NCBI GenBank assembly: GCA_045634385.1
Contig: JAZRAE010000049.1
Coordinates: 5,453-69,452, forward strand
DNA from: Eubacteriales bacterium
Lineage (GTDB): Bacteria > Bacillota > Clostridia > Oscillospirales > CAG-272
Direction: 5' to 3'
Length of the DNA stretch: 64,000 bases
Shown here: piece by piece, positions 62,477 through 64,000 of the stretch
Layout of the letters: each line of letters starts with the position of its first letter
Position numbering within the stretch: position 1 is the stretch's first letter
Position numbers and translations under genes: made by a program
Notes under the pieces: model-generated
Told to the model about the DNA's origin: nothing
Seen by the model: the letters and a program-made list of their open reading frames with translations, nothing else
The model's database searches: none

Positions 62477-62753
62477 TTTTTCTTTTCTCCACTTTGAGTC
62501 CTATTTCAAATAATCTCGACCACGGCAGATAGCATTCTACCGCTTCATATTTTGCGAAAATGCCCGGAAAATTCACACGGGTGTGCTCGTTTATCCTATT
62601 TACGATCATTTCGCAGTTTAAGCTTCCAAGCTTTAGCACCTCGCCAAGTCCGGGAGTCACAACCCTAAGAGCTATGTTATCACGTGTTACCTCGCGCACA
62701 TAGGCAAGATTACACGGCCGCTCGTCAAGCGGCAAATATATAACCTTTTTCAT
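62466..62753 (-). pseudogene. DUF4127-like N-terminal fragment (95 aa versus the roughly 500 aa I recall for the family); probable remnant
   Basis: MKKVIYLPLDERPCN matches my recollection of the conserved DUF4127 N-terminus. The ORF stops after 95 aa and overlaps the AGE start by 11 nt. RBS AAGGAG. Confidence 0.4.
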
Positions 62754-62784
62754 AAAACGCTCCTTACGGCGAATAACACGGATG

Positions 62785-63990
62785 TCAAAACACAATCAGC
62801 TCAAGCTCTGCAGCATCACTTTCGGGTATTCCGTTACATGAGAAAATCGGTACGGTTTTGCCATCGTGCATAACGAGAAGCTTATCATCAACATATCTTC
62901 TGCCAAAGTCGTCAACAGATACATTTGCAGATTCATCCCACGAAAACATATCGCGGTTATTGTAATACTCAAGCAACCCTTCGGCATATCGCATAGTACA
63001 GCAAAAAGGCGCTTCATACATCGAAATTCTCAACACGCCCTGCCCCTTTGTAACACAGGAGTTAGGTCCTGCGCCGCCGTTTTCACGCTGGCAGAACTGC
63101 AGTCCGTTAAACCATATCCTGCGGGCAAGCGTCTTGTATTCCTCGTTTTTGGTTATCTTATAAAGCTCGGTTGCGAGAATAAAGCTGTCCACCACGGCAC
63201 ACGGCTCGGTCCAAGTATCCTCTCTGCCAAACCAGTTGAAGTTCTCATAAGTCAAGGTCATACCGTGCTCAATATAAAATGCAAACTTTTCCCTAACTAT
63301 GCCAAGGTATCTTTCATTCTGTGTGACTCTGTATAGCTCAAGAATACCTCGAAGGCAAGTCAGAGTTGTATGTGTCTGGAGTCTATATTTCAAAAGATCG
63401 ACCGTTACAAAAAAGTCAATCACACCGTTAAGAAAAGCAAGTACGCGAGAGTCCTTGGTTACCGCGTAATAATGTGCGAGTCCGTCAACACACATAAACG
63501 CACAACCTATATCGCTCGATAGCTTCCATCCGTCAATAATACCTGTAACCGACCCACTCACGTCACCGCATAAGCCATCTCTCGCAAGCGGATAGTGTGA
63601 GTACCAATCAATAGCGGACAGATAAAGATTCTCAACCGTACTTCTCGCCATTTCCATTGCCTTGTCACTGCTATATAGGTGTGCATGCTTCAATAAACCG
63701 CGCAAGTACCAGTTATGACCGGACAACTGCTGTTCATCAACAGTCACACCGTCAAAGGGTTTGCCAAAATAAAGCTTATCATTGGTATGCTTTGGAATTT
63801 CCGAGAAAAACCTATGTAAATGCGGCACTTCTTTGCCGTGTATCTCTACGTGACAAAGGAAAGCAAGTAAAGCCCTGCCCTCCCAATCTCCCGGCCAATC
63901 ATAGCTATCCGCCTGAAACAGTCTTCCAAGGGAATACTCCTCACCGTTTAGCCTTTTAAAATTTAGTTCAATATTTTTCATATACATCAA
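62785..63990 (-). CDS. GH127/DUF1680-like (alpha/alpha)6 protein, putative cysteine glycosidase
   Basis: QLSGHNWYLRGL, TEPCAV and APFCCTMRY resemble the E-x-C ... C-C zinc/catalytic arrangement of GH127. At 401 aa it is shorter than canonical GH127. The start could be 63990, 63987 or 63981. Confidence 0.45.
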   Translation of the reverse strand: MMYMKNIELNFKRLNGEEYSLGRLFQADSYDWPGDWEGRALLAFLCHVEIHGKEVPHLHRFFSEIPKHTNDKLYFGKPFDGVTVDEQQLSGHNWYLRGLLKHAHLYSSDKAMEMARSTVENLYLSAIDWYSHYPLARDGLCGDVSGSVTGIIDGWKLSSDIGCAFMCVDGLAHYYAVTKDSRVLAFLNGVIDFFVTVDLLKYRLQTHTTLTCLRGILELYRVTQNERYLGIVREKFAFYIEHGMTLTYENFNWFGREDTWTEPCAVVDSFILATELYKITKNEEYKTLARRIWFNGLQFCQRENGGAGPNSCVTKGQGVLRISMYEAPFCCTMRYAEGLLEYYNNRDMFSWDESANVSVDDFGRRYVDDKLLVMHDGKTVPIFSCNGIPESDAAELELIVF

Positions 63991-64000
63991 TTGCTATCCA

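Noticed and set aside
1-64000. Searched for mobile elements, prophage genes, toxin-antitoxin pairs, restriction-modification systems, cas genes, and tRNA or rRNA genes.
   Set aside because: No transposase, integrase, recombinase, capsid, terminase or methyltransferase-like ORF was found. There are no long terminal inverted or direct repeats and no tRNA-like or rRNA-like sequence recognisable by eye.

Overview
This window reads as an ordinary chromosomal segment of a strictly anaerobic, mid/low-GC Firmicute, probably Clostridia. Evidence for that: sigma-A type TTGACA-N17-TATAAT promoters, GGAGG-type ribosome-binding sites (RBS), and genes for anaerobic ribonucleotide reductase NrdD, rubrerythrin, the flavodiiron protein FprA and a PerR-like repressor. 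I support about 53 protein-coding genes. I found no rRNA, tRNA, CRISPR array, transposase, integrase or phage genes. Gene content, left to right: dus, PHP phosphoesterase, MFS transporter, pepF; a MacB-type fused ABC transporter; a translational GTPase fused to a NYN nuclease domain; a GNAT protein plus a two-component system; an amino-sugar locus (nagA, nagB, TIM-barrel protein, two Gfo/Idh/MocA oxidoreductases, AraC regulator, GH20-like protein); an AT-rich islet carrying an FNT-type channel gene; nrdD with two NrdR boxes; an EamA transporter followed by a tightly coupled three-gene operon (CruF-like membrane protein, CrtC-like protein, CPBP protease); metA and metY; mgtC; a Na/Pi-PhoU transporter; an oxidative-stress block (perR-like, rbr, fprA, HD protein); a PlsC-like acyltransferase and a GT8 glycosyltransferase; a membrane-bound XRE regulator and an M16 peptidase; a GlpA-like flavoprotein trio; pepT; a PC4/YdbC-like protein; a serine hydrolase; a second Fur-family regulator flanked by two transporters with acidic Cys-x-Cys loops; LytTR and DUF3021; a secreted TasA-like/repeat/SGNH protein; and a second sugar locus (Gfo/Idh/MocA, AGE epimerase, DUF4127 remnant, GH127-like protein). 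The candidates I consider most novel are: (1) the TetM/EF-G-like GTPase covalently fused to a YacP/Rae1-type NYN ribonuclease; (2) the CruF-like/CrtC-like/CPBP operon in an organism with no visible carotenoid pathway; (3) the TasA-like fibre domain fused to an SGNH esterase; (4) the Fur-paralogue metal locus with its own 7-1-7 operator. All functional calls come from motif recognition by eye. No database search was run.
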